Numbered from the stretch's first letter, positions 1 to 12,923 are shown. The stretch is 64,000 nucleotides of DNA from an uncultured Gemmatimonadales bacterium (GCA_963823035.1 CAWGKG010000018.1:512001-576000); one strand, 5' to 3'. The notes: generated by a model not told the origin, from the sequence alone. Translations and numbers: made by a program.

Positions 1-140
1 ACGCTGACCTGCCGGAAAGGCACCTCGCCGGACGTGTCTAGCAGGCGGTAGGCGGGCGCGAACCCGAGCACAAGGACCACGACGCCGAGGGAAGCGAGGC
101 CGAATCGGCCCAGCCGGTGCCACCGCGAGTGATTCGTCAT
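1..140 (-). CDS. 5' part of a membrane protein running off the window edge; probable paralogue of the GT-C-type protein at 13542
   Basis: Hand translation from ATG at 140: MTNHSRWHRLGRFGLASLGVVVLVLGFAPAYRLLDTSGEVPFRQVS. A hydrophobic helix followed by FAPAYRLLD resembles YLPLHRLLD in the 13542 protein. Confidence 0.5.
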   Translation of the reverse strand, partial: MTNHSRWHRLGRFGLASLGVVVLVLGFAPAYRLLDTSGEVPFRQVS

Positions 141-613
141 TTCAGGCCATCATGATAATCCGTGGCCGATGTCCGCACGATCCCACCGGTCGTCGAATCG
201 GTCCACCAGTTCTTCGCGTGTCTCCAACGATACCATGGGCGGCCTCCTCTACAGTGGAAGGTAGCGACCCTGGTCGCGAGGCCGGCGCCCTCTCCCCGCG
301 GCCGCCCCCGGCCTGATATGTTGTCCATGACCACCCTCCAGGACGGGTGCTGTCGTAGCTGCCCTGCACTCCGCTTCCTGAGGCTGCTCCTCGTCCTGGT
401 GAACCGCCTTCTTCGCTACGGGGCCGATGGAAACGCCGACCCGATTCTCGCACACCTGGCCAACCGGCTGGCTCTTCCCGCGCCTCTTGCGCGGTGAAGC
501 CGCCGATCCACAGTGACATCGACGGCCCACATCCGCCGCCACGCGCCGATTGTGTGCCACGACGCGAGCGACGCGTCCCCTCCGACCGCGCGGCCCGACC
601 CGCCGTCCAGCTC

Positions 614-3099
614 ATGATGCACGGACGTAGAGGGCGGACCGACCCTTCGGCCGGGCCCCCGGCGGGAACCACCGATGGGGCGAGCCCCGAGGTGCCCGGA
701 TGGCTACCGCCGGCGCTCTTTCTGCTACTGACGCTCGTGCTGTTCCGCACGTTCGTGTTCTCGGACGGGATGCTCTTGGGACATGATACACTCAAGGGGG
801 GTTACGCCGCGCGCGCGTTCTACGCGAGTCAGCTGCGCAACGGGACGTTCCCCCGCTGGGCGCCACACGTCTTCGGCGGAGCGCCCTTCCTGGAGGCGCT
901 CTCCGGGGGCGACGCGCTCTATCCCACGAGCGTTCTCCTCGTGTTGATGGAGCCCTTCCGCGCGCTCGGGTGGAAGCTGGTCCTGCACGTCCTGCTCGCG
1001 GGACTCTTCATGTTCGCGTGGCTCAGGGCCCTTGGCGCTTCTCGGGCCGCCGCGCTGATCTCCGGCACCGCCTACTTGCTCGCACCGTTCATGGTCACGC
1101 TCGTGCGCTCCGGTCACGACGGGAAGCTCTTCGTCATCGCTCTCACGCCCCTGATGTTCCTGGTGACGGAACGCTTCTGGGAGCGGCCGGGCGTGCGCCG
1201 GTTCTGCGCCGTCGCGCTGGTGGTGGCACTTGTGCTGTTCACCACGCACTTCCAGATGGCGTACTTCCTCTTCGGGGCCGTAGGAGCCTTTGCGCTGTTC
1301 CGCGCCGTCCGGATGGGTATGGGAAGCAGAGTGGACCCCGCGCCGTCCGCGTCGACAGGGCGTCGGGGCCGCGTGGCTGCAGGGCGGTTCGTGCTCTTCC
1401 TGGCGGCGGCCGTGGCGGGCCTGGGTGAATCCGCGGTGCAGGTAGTGCCGGCGGTCGAATACGTCGTGCAGGCGTCGCGTAGGACGCAGACCACGGCGGT
1501 GGCCGCAGGAGTGTCGGGTGTGGCATGGGCGAGCTCCTGGTCGCTCCACCCCGAGGAAGTGATGTCGCTCGTGGTCCCCGAGTTCGTGGGGAACGGATCG
1601 GGCGGCGCCGCTTGGGCGGCGGACACGTACTGGGGCCGTAACTTCCTCAAGGACAACGCCGAGTACGGGGGGGTTCTGGTCCTGATTTTGGCCGCGGTGT
1701 CTTTCGCAGGCGCCGAACGGCGGGCGTTACGGTGGCTTCTCGCAGGCCTGGGCGGGGTTGCCCTCCTCTACGCGCTCGGTGCGCACACCCCGGTCTGGCG
1801 GATCGCCTACGCGCTGGTGCCTGGCATGCGCCTCTTCCGGACGCCCTCCATGGCGGTCTTCCTCTTCGGGTTCTCGGCGGCGACCCTGGCGGGGCTCGGC
1901 GTGGATCGGGTCTTCCTAGCTGCAGCGGAGGGGGGGGACGCGTGGCGAGCGGTGCGGCGCGTGCTCCTCGGACCGCCGGGCTTCTGCTGGCGCTCGCCCT
2001 GCTCGTGTCGTCGGGTGCGCTGGTGTCCTTCTGGACGTCCGCCGTCTACCTGGAGATCGACGCGGCCGGACTCGGCAAGCTGACGGCTCTCGCTCCTTAC
2101 ATCGCGCGCGGCGCGTGGCTGGCGGCGCTCATGGCGCTGCTGGCCGCGGGGCTGCCTGGGCGCTGCGCGCCGGGCGCGTGCGCCCGGCGTTGCTGCTGGC
2201 GGCCTTCCTGGTCCCGCGGCGGATGAGCTGCGTATCGACGACGCCTTCATCCAGGTGATCGACTTCGAGCGGTGGAGCGAGCCCGAGCCGACGACCGCGG
2301 CGATCCTCGAGCGTGAGGAGGCCGGCGAGGAGCCCTACCGGCTCCTCTCCTTCGTGGACCGCGGGCATGACGTCAAGCCGGCGATCTTCGGTATCGAGCT
2401 CGCGGCCGGGCATCACCCGAACGACCTGGCACGCTACAGCGAGTTGATCGGGATGACCGACGCGGACCTGCCCGGGAACCTCTACAACCCGAACATCGAG
2501 CGGCTTCTCAATGTCCGCTATCTGCTGTGGCCCGACTATCACGGCGCGGGCCCTCCGGGGTACGACATCGTGGTGCGCACGTCGGTGGACGGTCGACCCT
2601 ACAAGACGCTGCATGCGCGGGCGGGACTCCCGCGCGCCCGACTCGTCGGACGGGCGGTCGTGGTGGCGGACGACGAGCAGGTGGCGTACATGCTGTCGGA
2701 CGCCTTCCTTCCCGACTCTGAGGTGGTGCTTGCCGAGCCCCCGCCCGTGGCGCTGGACGGTGGGCCCGTGCAGGGGTCGGTTACCTGGGAAGAGCGTTCG
2801 CCCAACCGGCTACGGCTCGACGTGACGTCGGATCGTACGGCGCTGCTCGTCGTGGCGGACAACTGGTTCCCCGCGTGGCGCGCGACGGTGGACGGCCGTC
2901 CTGCCCCCGTGCTGCGGGCCTATCATACGCTGCGAGCCGTGCCGGTGCCGGCGGGCGCGCACACCGTACGCATGGTATATCGATGTCCAGGGTGGTGAGC
3001 TGGAGCTTCTGGATCAGCGGGGCGCTGGTCCTCCTCGTCGGAGGACTGGCGTGGAGCGGGGGGGCGGGGCTGCGCGGAGGCCGGGGCGCGGCACGCTGA
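614..3099 (+). CDS. YfhO-family multi-pass membrane protein (GT-C-type glycosyltransferase), broken by ~3-4 frameshifts
   Basis: Joins ORFs 494..2083, 1732..2226, 2255..2998 and 2875..3099. Many TM segments, an N-terminal FPRWAPHVFGGAPF, and a YfhO-like C-terminus LLVVADNWFPAWRATVDG...LRAVPVPAGAHTVRMVY plus a final TM helix. Start codon uncertain. Confidence 0.75.
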
Positions 3100-3109
3100 G
3101 CCCGTCCGA

Positions 3110-4464
<1,355 letters not shown>

Positions 4465-4468
<4 letters not shown>

Positions 4469-5832
4469 CGCCTCTCTCCTACCAGGTTCACGCCCGTGTC
4501 ATCCATCGTCTTCGACGGGTCCAAGCTGTCCCGCACCCCCGGCAACCGGATCGAGAAGCACGCCCCGCCCTTCCTACCGCTGGCCACCTGGATGCGTCCG
4601 CCCATGCCCTCGACCAACTGCGCGCAGATGGAGAGGCCCAACCCGGTGCCCTTCCCAGGCTCCTTGGTGGTGAAGAAAGGATCGAAGAGCCGTTCGATGG
4701 CATCTTCCGGGATGCCGGGTCCGTCGTCTTCGACCTGGATGACCACGACCTGGGCGGCCGTGAAGAGGGGATCGACGCCAATGCCTCGGGGGTCGCGCGC
4801 CTCCACTCGCCTTCGATGAAGGTAGTTGATTCCGGGCGGATCGTCCGCGCGTCGACGTGGCAGCCGGTTTATGCCGCCCTCCTCCATGAACAGCCGGACC
4901 CAGATGTGCGGGTCCTCGTGGCCCTGGATGGCGTCCAATGCGTTCAGCAGGAGGTTCACCATCACCTGCTCGAGCCCGTGCGGCTCGATGAGCACGTCTG
5001 GCAGTCCGTCTTCGAAGCTCCAGGAATCCTCCACCCGATCCAGCTTGCCCTGCGTGTCCATGAGGTCGTGCACCCGCTCGACCACCGTGGCCGGCGGCAC
5101 GAGAACGGCAACTCCGGAGCGGGGGCGGGCGTGGTCGAGGAGGCCGCGCACGATCCGGTCGATGCGTCGCGCTTCGTCGCGGATCGAGTCCAGCAGCTCG
5201 GTGTCACCCCCGGCCTTCTCCATGCGGCTCTTCGCCACGTCCACGAAGGCCATGATCGCACCGAGCGGGTTGCCGACTTCGTGGGCGACGCCGGCCGCGA
5301 GGGTGCCCACCGACGCGAGTCGGGCGGCCTGGACCACCTGATCGCGGGCGAGGACGAGCTCCTCGTTCGTCTGGTCCAGGGAATCGACGTTCTCGGCCAG
5401 CAGCTCCTGCTCGGCGATGAGGCGGTCCGCCATGACGTTCACGCTCTCGCGGATCTGGTCGAGCTCGAGGCGCTCCATCGGCGGGATGCGGTGGCGGTAG
5501 TCCCCCTCCCCGATCCGCCGGGCGTCGGTGGCGAGGCGCTCCATCGGGGAGAAGAGCGTCTTCTTCAGGATTGCGCTTCCGAACACGAACAGGACCCCGA
5601 GGTCCGCGACCACCAGCACGATGATGAAGAGGACGCTGTCGCCCGGGGAGGAGAGGACCGGCGCCAGGAAGGCGAGCCCGAGCCCCGCAAGCAGGACGGC
5701 GCCCGCGAACAGGACGCCGAAGGAGAGGAGGAGCTCGCGCCGCAAGGGTGTCGGTCGATGCAAGGGGGACTCTCGGGTCGGAGCCGCGCGCCGCGTCGGG
5801 GCGAAACTGCGGCGTCCGGGGGGTAGCGGCAA
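4465..5832 (-). CDS. Membrane sensor histidine kinase (2 TM, HAMP, HisKA, HATPase)
   Basis: H-box AHEVGNPL, N-box NLLLNALDA, DDGPG, FFTTKEPGKGTGLGL. Overlaps the regulator by 4 bp (ATGA). Confidence 0.92.
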
Positions 5833-5856
5833 GCCGCCGGGTGCGTCAGGCGCGCG

Positions 5857-6243
5857 TCAGCGCGTGCACTGGATGGAGCTTACGACCGTCGCCGGCGTGA
5901 GGGGCGACGCGTCCCCGTGGAAGAGGGCGCACGCGTCGCTCGGAAGACCGAGCGGAACCGAGGACGCCGACCAACCCGTGCTCGTGGCCTCGGCGACGGT
6001 CACCACGATCGCCTCGGAGTTGGTGAAGCCGACGGCCGCGAGGTCGGTCGAGTAGGTGTAGTTCTCGTTGTAGTACACCTCCTCCTGGCTGGCCAGATTC
6101 CGGAGATCCGCACGCGCCGCCGACATGAAGGCGCGGTCCCGCACGGACCCGAACTTCGGAATCGCGATCGCCGCCAGGATCCCTATGATCACCACGACGA
6201 TGAGGAGCTCGATCAGCGTGAAGCCGTTCGCTCGCTTGTCCAT
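5857..6243 (-). CDS. Type IV pilin (second paralogue)
   Basis: MDKRANG|FTLIELLIVVVIIGILAAIAIPKF is a prepilin cleavage/methylation motif with Glu5; C-terminal Cys pair. ATG at 6243. Confidence 0.95.
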   Translation of the reverse strand: MDKRANGFTLIELLIVVVIIGILAAIAIPKFGSVRDRAFMSAARADLRNLASQEEVYYNENYTYSTDLAAVGFTNSEAIVVTVAEATSTGWSASSVPLGLPSDACALFHGDASPLTPATVVSSIQCTR

Positions 6244-6395
6244 TGGAGCTGCCTCTTCCCGTGTGAGGGTTGAAGGGACTCGACGGAGGAGGGGGGTCTC
6301 TCGGGGTCGGGCGACCCGGCACCGGGGGCACCGGGCCGCCACATCCCAGCTTCAGATCACACCCGCGTGATTCGCGTCAGGCGGGCGAAGGTACG

Positions 6396-6797
6396 TTACT
6401 TCGAGCAGGCCATCTGGCCTGGAGCGGAGACCGTCGCCCCGGTGACCCCGGGATCCGTCGCCATCGCGCCGGTACCGTAGTAGATGCCGCAGCCGTCGGC
6501 CGGAAGAGCGGTGTGCACGGCCTTCGCATTCCAGCCCGTGCCGTTGGCCGCGATCGTCACGGTCACGGCCTCGGAGTTCGTGAACGCGAGGTCCGTCGTG
6601 ACGGACGTGTAGGAGTAGTTGTCGGCGTAGTAGATCTCCTCCTGCGAAGCCAGGTTCTTGAGGTCCGACTTCATGGCCGCGAAGTACGCCTTCTCGCGGG
6701 TGGCCGAGAACTTCGGAATGGCGATGGCCGCCAGGATCCCGATGATCACGACCACGATGAGCAGCTCGATGAGGGTGAAGCCCTTGTTGTCCCGCAT
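6396..6797 (-). CDS. pilA: Type IV major pilin
   Basis: MRDNKG|FTLIELLIVVVIIGILAAIAIPKF, C-terminal Cys pair, GGAG RBS, sigma54 promoter just upstream. Confidence 0.9.
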   Translation of the reverse strand: MRDNKGFTLIELLIVVVIIGILAAIAIPKFSATREKAYFAAMKSDLKNLASQEEIYYADNYSYTSVTTDLAFTNSEAVTVTIAANGTGWNAKAVHTALPADGCGIYYGTGAMATDPGVTGATVSAPGQMACSK

Positions 6798-6850
6798 GAT
6801 CCGATACTCCAGGTGTGAGTGAAACAGGGCCCTACGACAGTCCGTGTTGT

Positions 6851-6866
6851 TGCAAGGTCGGGTCCA
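6851..6866 (-). promoter_or_regulatory. Sigma54 (-24/-12) promoter of the pilin gene
   Basis: Minus strand reads TGGACCCGACCTTGCA, i.e. GG-N10-GC with TTGCA, ~54 bp upstream of the pilin ATG. Sigma54 activators lie on both sides. Confidence 0.7.
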
Positions 6867-6896
6867 TGGACGGGCTACACACCCCAAAGCGCTTAC

Positions 6897-6909
6897 CATC
6901 AAGCACTTA
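6897..6909. promoter_or_regulatory. Putative IHF binding site
   Basis: CATCAAGCACTTA versus consensus WATCAANNNNTTR (one mismatch), located just upstream of the sigma54 promoter as expected. Confidence 0.45.
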
Positions 6910-7035
6910 CAGATTTCATACCGGCGAGCACAAGTGCGTGCGCAGGGCCTTTTGGGGCCGGATTCTGCAAGGAAGGCGTCGAAATGCAAGGGACCGCAAG
7001 TACACGAACCTTGAATAGTTCACCTGGCGTTCATG

Positions 7036-8811
7036 CTACGCGGGGGGCGCCGGATCGAGGGCGCGCGCCCGCGCCCGGGCGGCCTCCGCCTGGTCCCCCC
7101 GTCCGAGCGCATCGAGCAGCTCGGCGAGCCGATTCCAGTCCTGAACCGAGGTGGAGTCCTGGCCGATCGCCGCCCGTCGGGCGCGCGCGGCAGCCTCCAG
7201 GTCCCCCTTCGCGATGTACGATTCCGAGACGAGCGCCCACAGCTCCCGGTCCGGTCCCGCCCGCGCCAGCCCCTCCAACGCGATCCGGTGCCCTTCCCGC
7301 CCCCGCCCCTGACGGATGCGCATCTCCGCGAAGAGCCGGTAGGCGGTCGGCTGACCGGGCGCGACCTCGATGGCCTGGCGCAGGAGCTGCTCCGCACGTC
7401 CGTCCTTCCGCCGGCGCGCGTAGAATCCGGCCACCTCCGTGAGCAGGCCGTAATGATGCGGCGCGAGCGCCACGGCGAGGTCGAAATAGCGGGCGGCCTG
7501 ATCGACCTGACCCACGTGCGCCAGTCCGGAGGCCCTACCGCGCAGGGCGAGGAACGACTCGGGGTGCTCGGCGGCGAGCGTGTTCAGCACCACGTAGGTG
7601 CTCATCCAGGTGGGATTGCGCTCCACCGTGCGCACGAGCAGGGCCGCGGCGGCGACACCCCCGAGCACGCTTGCGTACCGTATCCTACGCGCATCCGCGG
7701 TGCGCACGATCACCTCCGCCGCGCCGGCCAGCGCGAGCGCCGCTCCGACGGAGGGGAGGTAGAGCGTGCGCTCCGCGAGGAGGATTCCCGCCGAGATCAC
7801 GAGGTTCGACACCGGCAGGATCGTGACCAGGAACCACGCCAGACCGGCCGATACGATGGGCGCGGCTCGGTACGCCGCGAAAGCCGTACCCACCCAGACC
7901 AGCAGCACGAGCCCGCCCAGGATCACGGCCGGCGTGACGGCATGGGCCGCCACCATGACGCCGGGCGCGTAGTCCGCGCTCAGCGTGCGCGGGAAGACCA
8001 TCAAGCGGAGGTACTGCGGCCAGGCCGTGAGCGCGGTGAGGATTCGCTCCCCGGAGCTAAGGTCGCGGAGCGCCGGCGCCGGTACCTCCCCGGTGAGCGT
8101 ACCCAGCACGGAGGCGCGCAGGAGGAGGTAGGCCGCCAGGACCGCCGCCAGAGAGACGAACACCGGCGCCTCACGTCGGAGCCGCTCCCGGAGCGGGACC
8201 GCGTCGGGGCGGCATACCTCCAGGACGAGGAGCACACCGGGCAACGTGACCGCGATCTCCTTCGCGCCCAGCCCGAAGAGGTAGAGTACCGAGAGCGCGC
8301 CGAGTCGCATGGCCCGGCGAACCGGACGCACCTCGCCTCGATCGAGATAGAGGAGGCAGGCACCCAGCACGGCCGCCGCCGCGTACAGCTCGGAGCGGCC
8401 CACCACATTCGCCACGGCCTCAACGTGCACGGGGTGGACCGCGAAGAAGACCGCCCCCGCCAGGGCGGCGGGCACCGACACCAGGCGCGCGAGGAGTGCG
8501 AGCACCAGGACGGACACCAGGGCGTGCAGGAGCACGTTGACCGCGTGGTAGCCGACGGGGCTGCCACCCCACAGCCGCCACTCCGCCGTGAAGGAGGTGA
8601 TCGTCACGGGCCGGTAGAGCGTGCCGCCCGTGTGCGTCCCCGGGTCGGCCCAGTACGGGCCGAGAAGGGCTTCCCCCCAGCGCCCTTCGGTGACCACCGG
8701 ATTGTGCAGGACGACGGCGTTGTCGTCGTAGGCGAAGCCGTTTCCCAGCGAGCTCAGGGATGCAGCCACCGCCACGAACAGCACCCAGGCGCGCGCGCGG
8801 CGGAGCGTCAT
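7036..8811 (-). CDS. TMTC-like GT-C membrane protein with C-terminal TPR repeats (putative protein O-glycosyltransferase)
   Basis: FAYDD, LYRPVT, YHAVNVLLH, FAVHPVHVEAVANVVGRSE, LSADY and AERTLYLPSVG motifs typical of TMTC/DUF1736 proteins, followed by TPR-like helices. Start taken at ATG 8811. Confidence 0.8.
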   Translation of the reverse strand: MTLRRARAWVLFVAVAASLSSLGNGFAYDDNAVVLHNPVVTEGRWGEALLGPYWADPGTHTGGTLYRPVTITSFTAEWRLWGGSPVGYHAVNVLLHALVSVLVLALLARLVSVPAALAGAVFFAVHPVHVEAVANVVGRSELYAAAAVLGACLLYLDRGEVRPVRRAMRLGALSVLYLFGLGAKEIAVTLPGVLLVLEVCRPDAVPLRERLRREAPVFVSLAAVLAAYLLLRASVLGTLTGEVPAPALRDLSSGERILTALTAWPQYLRLMVFPRTLSADYAPGVMVAAHAVTPAVILGGLVLLVWVGTAFAAYRAAPIVSAGLAWFLVTILPVSNLVISAGILLAERTLYLPSVGAALALAGAAEVIVRTADARRIRYASVLGGVAAAALLVRTVERNPTWMSTYVVLNTLAAEHPESFLALRGRASGLAHVGQVDQAARYFDLAVALAPHHYGLLTEVAGFYARRRKDGRAEQLLRQAIEVAPGQPTAYRLFAEMRIRQGRGREGHRIALEGLARAGPDRELWALVSESYIAKGDLEAAARARRAAIGQDSTSVQDWNRLAELLDALGRGDQAEAARARARALDPAPPA

Positions 8812-8818
8812 CCCGACG

Positions 8819-9658
8819 TCACCGATCCGGAGTCCCCGTCTCCGCCTTCGCGGGCTCGTCCCAGGAGTCGGTGGGCGGGGGCTGCCAGAGCGCACCGCGG
8901 GGCGTAAGAACGTTGTACCTCAGGATCGACCAGAGCGCGGAGACGCCGTCCTTCCAGCCGATCTTCTTGCCCTCCGCGTAGGAGCGACCGTGGTAGGAGA
9001 TGGGCATCTCGTAGATGCGCGCCCCGGACTGCGCGAGCCGTGCCGTGAGCTCCGGCTCGATGCCGAAGCGCTGTGCGCTCAGCCGGAGCGACTGCAGGAG
9101 GTCGCGCCGCACCATTTTGTAGCACGTCTCCATGTCGGTGAGATTCACGTCCGTGAACATGTTGGACAGGAGCGTGAGAAGGCGGTTCCCCACCGAGTGC
9201 CAGAAGAGGAGGACGCGGTGGGGCCCTCCCAGGAAGCGCGACCCGTACACGGCGTCCGCCTTCCCGCCCAGGATCGGTTCGAGCAGCCGGGGAAACTCGA
9301 TCGGGTCGTACTCGAGGTCGGCGTCCTGCACGACCACCACGTCCCCCGTGGCCTCGGCGAAGCCCGTCCGGAGCGCGGCTCCCTTCCCCTGGTTCCGCGC
9401 GTGCAGCACGAGACGGTCGATGAGCCCCCGCCGCTCGAGCTCCGGCAGGACGTCCCGGGTGCCGTCGGTGGAGCCGTCGTCCACCACGATCACCTCGAGC
9501 CGGAGCGGCACCTCGGCCACGCGCCGGAGGAGGGAATCGATCGTCCCGACCTCGTTGTAGCAGGGGATGACCACCGAGAGCACGACCCGATTCCAGACGG
9601 CGGGCCGATCGTCGTCGTCGAGCCGCCGCCTCGGGGGGAGGTTGGAGTGGGGGATCAT
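8819..9658 (-). CDS. Glycosyltransferase family 2 (polyprenol-phosphate glycosyltransferase, Dpm1/GtrB-like)
   Basis: [58 protein letters not shown]. Confidence 0.93.
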   Translation of the reverse strand: MIPHSNLPPRRRLDDDDRPAVWNRVVLSVVIPCYNEVGTIDSLLRRVAEVPLRLEVIVVDDGSTDGTRDVLPELERRGLIDRLVLHARNQGKGAALRTGFAEATGDVVVVQDADLEYDPIEFPRLLEPILGGKADAVYGSRFLGGPHRVLLFWHSVGNRLLTLLSNMFTDVNLTDMETCYKMVRRDLLQSLRLSAQRFGIEPELTARLAQSGARIYEMPISYHGRSYAEGKKIGWKDGVSALWSILRYNVLTPRGALWQPPPTDSWDEPAKAETGTPDR

Positions 9659-9712
9659 GTTCGCTCACTTGCCGCGGGAGAGGGAACGCTCAGGGGCGCC
9701 GCCGGCCTCGAC

Positions 9713-11080
9713 TCACTCACCGAGCCCATACCGGTTCAACTTCCGGTACAGCGTGGAGGGGTCGATTCCCAGGACCTCCGCGGCTCGGGTCTTGTTGCCC
9801 CCCTCCGCGTGCAGGACCCAGTGGATGTAGGCCCGCTCGATCACCTCCATGGTCGGGTTGGGCGGCGCGGCCTCGTCGACGAGGCGCACCTCCGGGCGCT
9901 CGACCACCCGCTCGGGGAGGCTGTCCGGCTGGAGCATCCCACCGCCGGCCACCACCGCCGCCCGCTCGAGCGCGTTCTCCAGCTCCCGCACGTTCCCCGG
10001 CCAGTCGTAGTGGCGCAATGCCTCGAGCGTCTCGTCGGCCATCTCGCGGGGTGCCGCACCCTCCCGCTGCGCCAGCCGCTCGAGGAAGTGGCGTGCCAGG
10101 AGGTCGATGTCCTCGCGGCGGTCTCGCAGTGGCGGGAGCCGCAGCTGGATCACGTTGAGGCGGTAGTACAGGTCGGTGCGGAAGGTGCCCTTGCGCAACT
10201 CCTCCTCGAGGTCGCGGTTCGTGGCGGCGATGATGCGCACGTCCACCGCCACGGCCTGCGTGGCGCCCACGGGGATCACCTCGCGCTCCTGGATCGCGCG
10301 CAGGACCTTCACCTGCGTCGCCGGGCTCATCTCGCCGATCTCGTCGAGGAAGAACGTGCCGCCGTGCGCTGCGACCAGGAGGCCGTCCCTGTCCTTCACC
10401 GCGCCCGTGAACGATCCCCTGGTATGGCCGAACAGCTCGCTCTCCAGGAGGCTCTCGGGGAGCGCGCCGCAGTTGATGGAGAGGAAGGGGCCCTCGGCGC
10501 GGTCCGAGAGGCGGTGGATGTACTGGGCCACGACTTCCTTCCCGGTGCCGCTCTCGCCGGAGATGAGGACGGTCGAGTCGGTCGGCGCCACGGTCTCCGC
10601 CAGCTCGAGCACCTCCGTGAAGGTTCGGCTACGCCCGATGGGCCGCCCCTCCACCGAGCGGTCTCGACGGCGAATCTCCTTCTTGAGGCGGCGGTTCTCC
10701 ACCTTGAGCTGGCGAGCCTCCACGGCCCGCCGACAGATGGCCAGCAGCTCGTCGTTGGCGAAGGGCTTCTGGATGTAGTGGTAGGCGCCATCGTTCACGG
10801 CGCGGATCGCCGAGGTGAGCGAGGCCTGCGCCGTCATCAGGATCACGGGAAGCTCCGGATCGAGCTCGCGCACGCGGGAGAGCACGTCCATCCCGCTCGC
10901 GCCGGGCATGCGGATGTCGCTCAGCACGAGGTCGGGTCGCTCCTCCTCCAGGGCGGTCAGCGCCGCGCGCCCGGAGCTCGCGACCGCGACGTCGTAGCCC
11001 TCGCTGCGGAAGAGGATCTGGAGCGTGTCCAGGATCCCCGACTCGTCATCGACCACCAGCACCTTGACCTTGTCGCTCAC
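9713..11080 (-). CDS. pilR: Sigma54-dependent response regulator, PilR-like
   Basis: REC domain, GESGTGKE, GSFTGA, WPGNVRELEN, HTH. Directly follows a PilS-like kinase in a pilin locus; the symbol rests on context. Confidence 0.8.
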   Translation of the reverse strand: MSDKVKVLVVDDESGILDTLQILFRSEGYDVAVASSGRAALTALEEERPDLVLSDIRMPGASGMDVLSRVRELDPELPVILMTAQASLTSAIRAVNDGAYHYIQKPFANDELLAICRRAVEARQLKVENRRLKKEIRRRDRSVEGRPIGRSRTFTEVLELAETVAPTDSTVLISGESGTGKEVVAQYIHRLSDRAEGPFLSINCGALPESLLESELFGHTRGSFTGAVKDRDGLLVAAHGGTFFLDEIGEMSPATQVKVLRAIQEREVIPVGATQAVAVDVRIIAATNRDLEEELRKGTFRTDLYYRLNVIQLRLPPLRDRREDIDLLARHFLERLAQREGAAPREMADETLEALRHYDWPGNVRELENALERAAVVAGGGMLQPDSLPERVVERPEVRLVDEAAPPNPTMEVIERAYIHWVLHAEGGNKTRAAEVLGIDPSTLYRKLNRYGLGE

Positions 11081-12760
11081 GAAGCCTCACCTCCGTCGCT
11101 CCCCTCCGCCGCTGGGAGGTAGATGACGAACTCCGCGCCCCCGGCGGGATCGCGGTTCACGAAGATCGCGCCCTGGTGGGCCTCCACGGCGCGGAACACC
11201 ACGGCGAGCCCGAGCCCGCTCCCCCCGGCTCGCGTGGTGACGAACGGATCGAAGATCCGGTCCTGCACCTCGGGTGCGACACCGGGGCCCGAGTCTCGCA
11301 CGGTCAGGCTCACGGGATGTCGGAGCCCCGTGCGGCGAGGGTTGGGTCGGTCGCGGAGGTCCGCGATCGACACGCTCACCCATCCGTCCTCGCCGGCGTA
11401 CTGTACGCCGTTGAGCATGAGGTTGAAGAGCGCCCGGTGGAGGAGGTCCAGATCGCCGTCCACCTGAACGTCCGGCCCCCTGGCCGTCCCAGCGCACCTC
11501 CACCCCTTCGGCGTCCGGGTGCTGCCGGATCAGCGCCACGCAGTCGTTCACGAGGGACGCGAGGTCCACCGTCCTGCGGCTGCCGATGCGCAGCCCCGAG
11601 TAGTCGAGGAACTCCGACAGCAGCCGGCTGAGACGATCCGACTCGGTCAGCACGAGCCGTTGCAGGATGGCCCGATCGGCCTCGTCGAGCGTCGAGCGTG
11701 ACAGCTGCTCCACGGCGCTGCGGATGGACGCCAGCGGGTTCTTGATCTCGTGGGCGAGGGAGGCCGACAACGCCGCCACGGCCTCGAGCCGTTCGGTGCG
11801 CCGGTTGAGGGCCTCGATGAGCTCGAGGTCGGTGATGTCCTGGAAGATCGCGGTCGCGGACGGCGCCTCGTGCTCGCCGCGCTCCACCACCGTCGTCGAC
11901 ACGCCCAGGCGCACCTCCTTCCCGTCCCTCTGGAAGATCGTGCGCTGCCGCTCCAGTGGACGCCGCTCCTCGAGCGCCTGGCGGAGCGCCCACCCGAGGC
12001 CGGGAGCCCTCCGCTCCATCTCGTCCACGACCGGTCGGCCGAGCCACTCCCCTGCGTTCACGTCGAGAAGCGCCTCGGCCGCCGGGTTGGCGTACGCCAG
12101 CCGCCCCTCCGCGTCGACCGTGAGGACGCCCGTCGCGAGCGTCGCGAGGATGTCGCCGGTCTCGAGGCGAAGCTGGCGCAGCTCGGACTCCACGGCGCCC
12201 AGGGCGATCCCCGAGCGGCGCAGGCGGTCGCCGACCAGCCCCGTGAGGAGCGCCACCACCGCGAAGAGGCCGATCTGCAGCCCGACGCCGACCGTGAAGG
12301 CGCCCTCGTAGCCCCACACCAGGTCGCCGAAGTAGACCATGCTGGCGAGCCCACCGATCAGCACGCCACCCGGGAGGGGAAGGAGGAGGGCGCCCGCGCT
12401 GATCACGAGGATGTAGAGCGGAGCGAAGCTGGAGTCCGGCCCATTGGTGATGTGGACGATCCCCGTGACCAGGAGGACGTCGAGGATCACCTGCGGATAC
12501 AGGAAGTTCTGGCTGGGCTCCCGCCGGAGACCGTGCGTGTACCAGAAGGAGGCGGTCGTGACCAGGAGCGCGACCAGGAACATGATGACCGCGAGACGCG
12601 TGTTCTGCTGACCCGCGTCGTTCCACTTCCAGAGCACGCCGGCCAGGATCCCGGAGACCAGCGTCAACCGCCCCAGGTAGAGCCACCTGAGGACATCGAC
12701 ACGGCTGAAGAGCTGTCCAGGGGCCGCCGCCGCCCCCGCCTTCACCGGCGTGCTGGTCAC
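11077..12760 (-). CDS. pilS: PilS-like sensor kinase (6 TM, PAS, HisKA, HATPase), frameshift near 11480
   Basis: ORF 11087..12760 carries a PilS-like TM domain, PAS and AHEIKNPL. ORF 11077..11463 supplies NLMLNG, DSGPG and GSGLGL. Confidence 0.8.
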
Positions 12761-12923
12761 GCTGCTTCCTGAGGAGCCTCGGGTGGGTGCGCGCCCGGGT
12801 GTCCCCGGGCCGAGCTCGCGTTCCCCATCAAGCTACGGCAGCGCGTTTGCAAAGTGCAACGCCCGCGAATTTGCAGATTGCGAGATTCTCGCCCGTGACG
12901 CACTACGTCCGGGTCGGCCGCGA

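Noticed and set aside
162..497. 111-aa ORF containing CCRSC
   Set aside because: No recognisable motif or RBS, and it lies in the divergent promoter region; probably spurious, though a small protein cannot be excluded.
12846..12882. Cluster of TTGC/TGCA motifs upstream of pilS as a sigma54 promoter
   Set aside because: GG-to-GC spacing is 11 nt rather than 10; it may still be a protein binding site.
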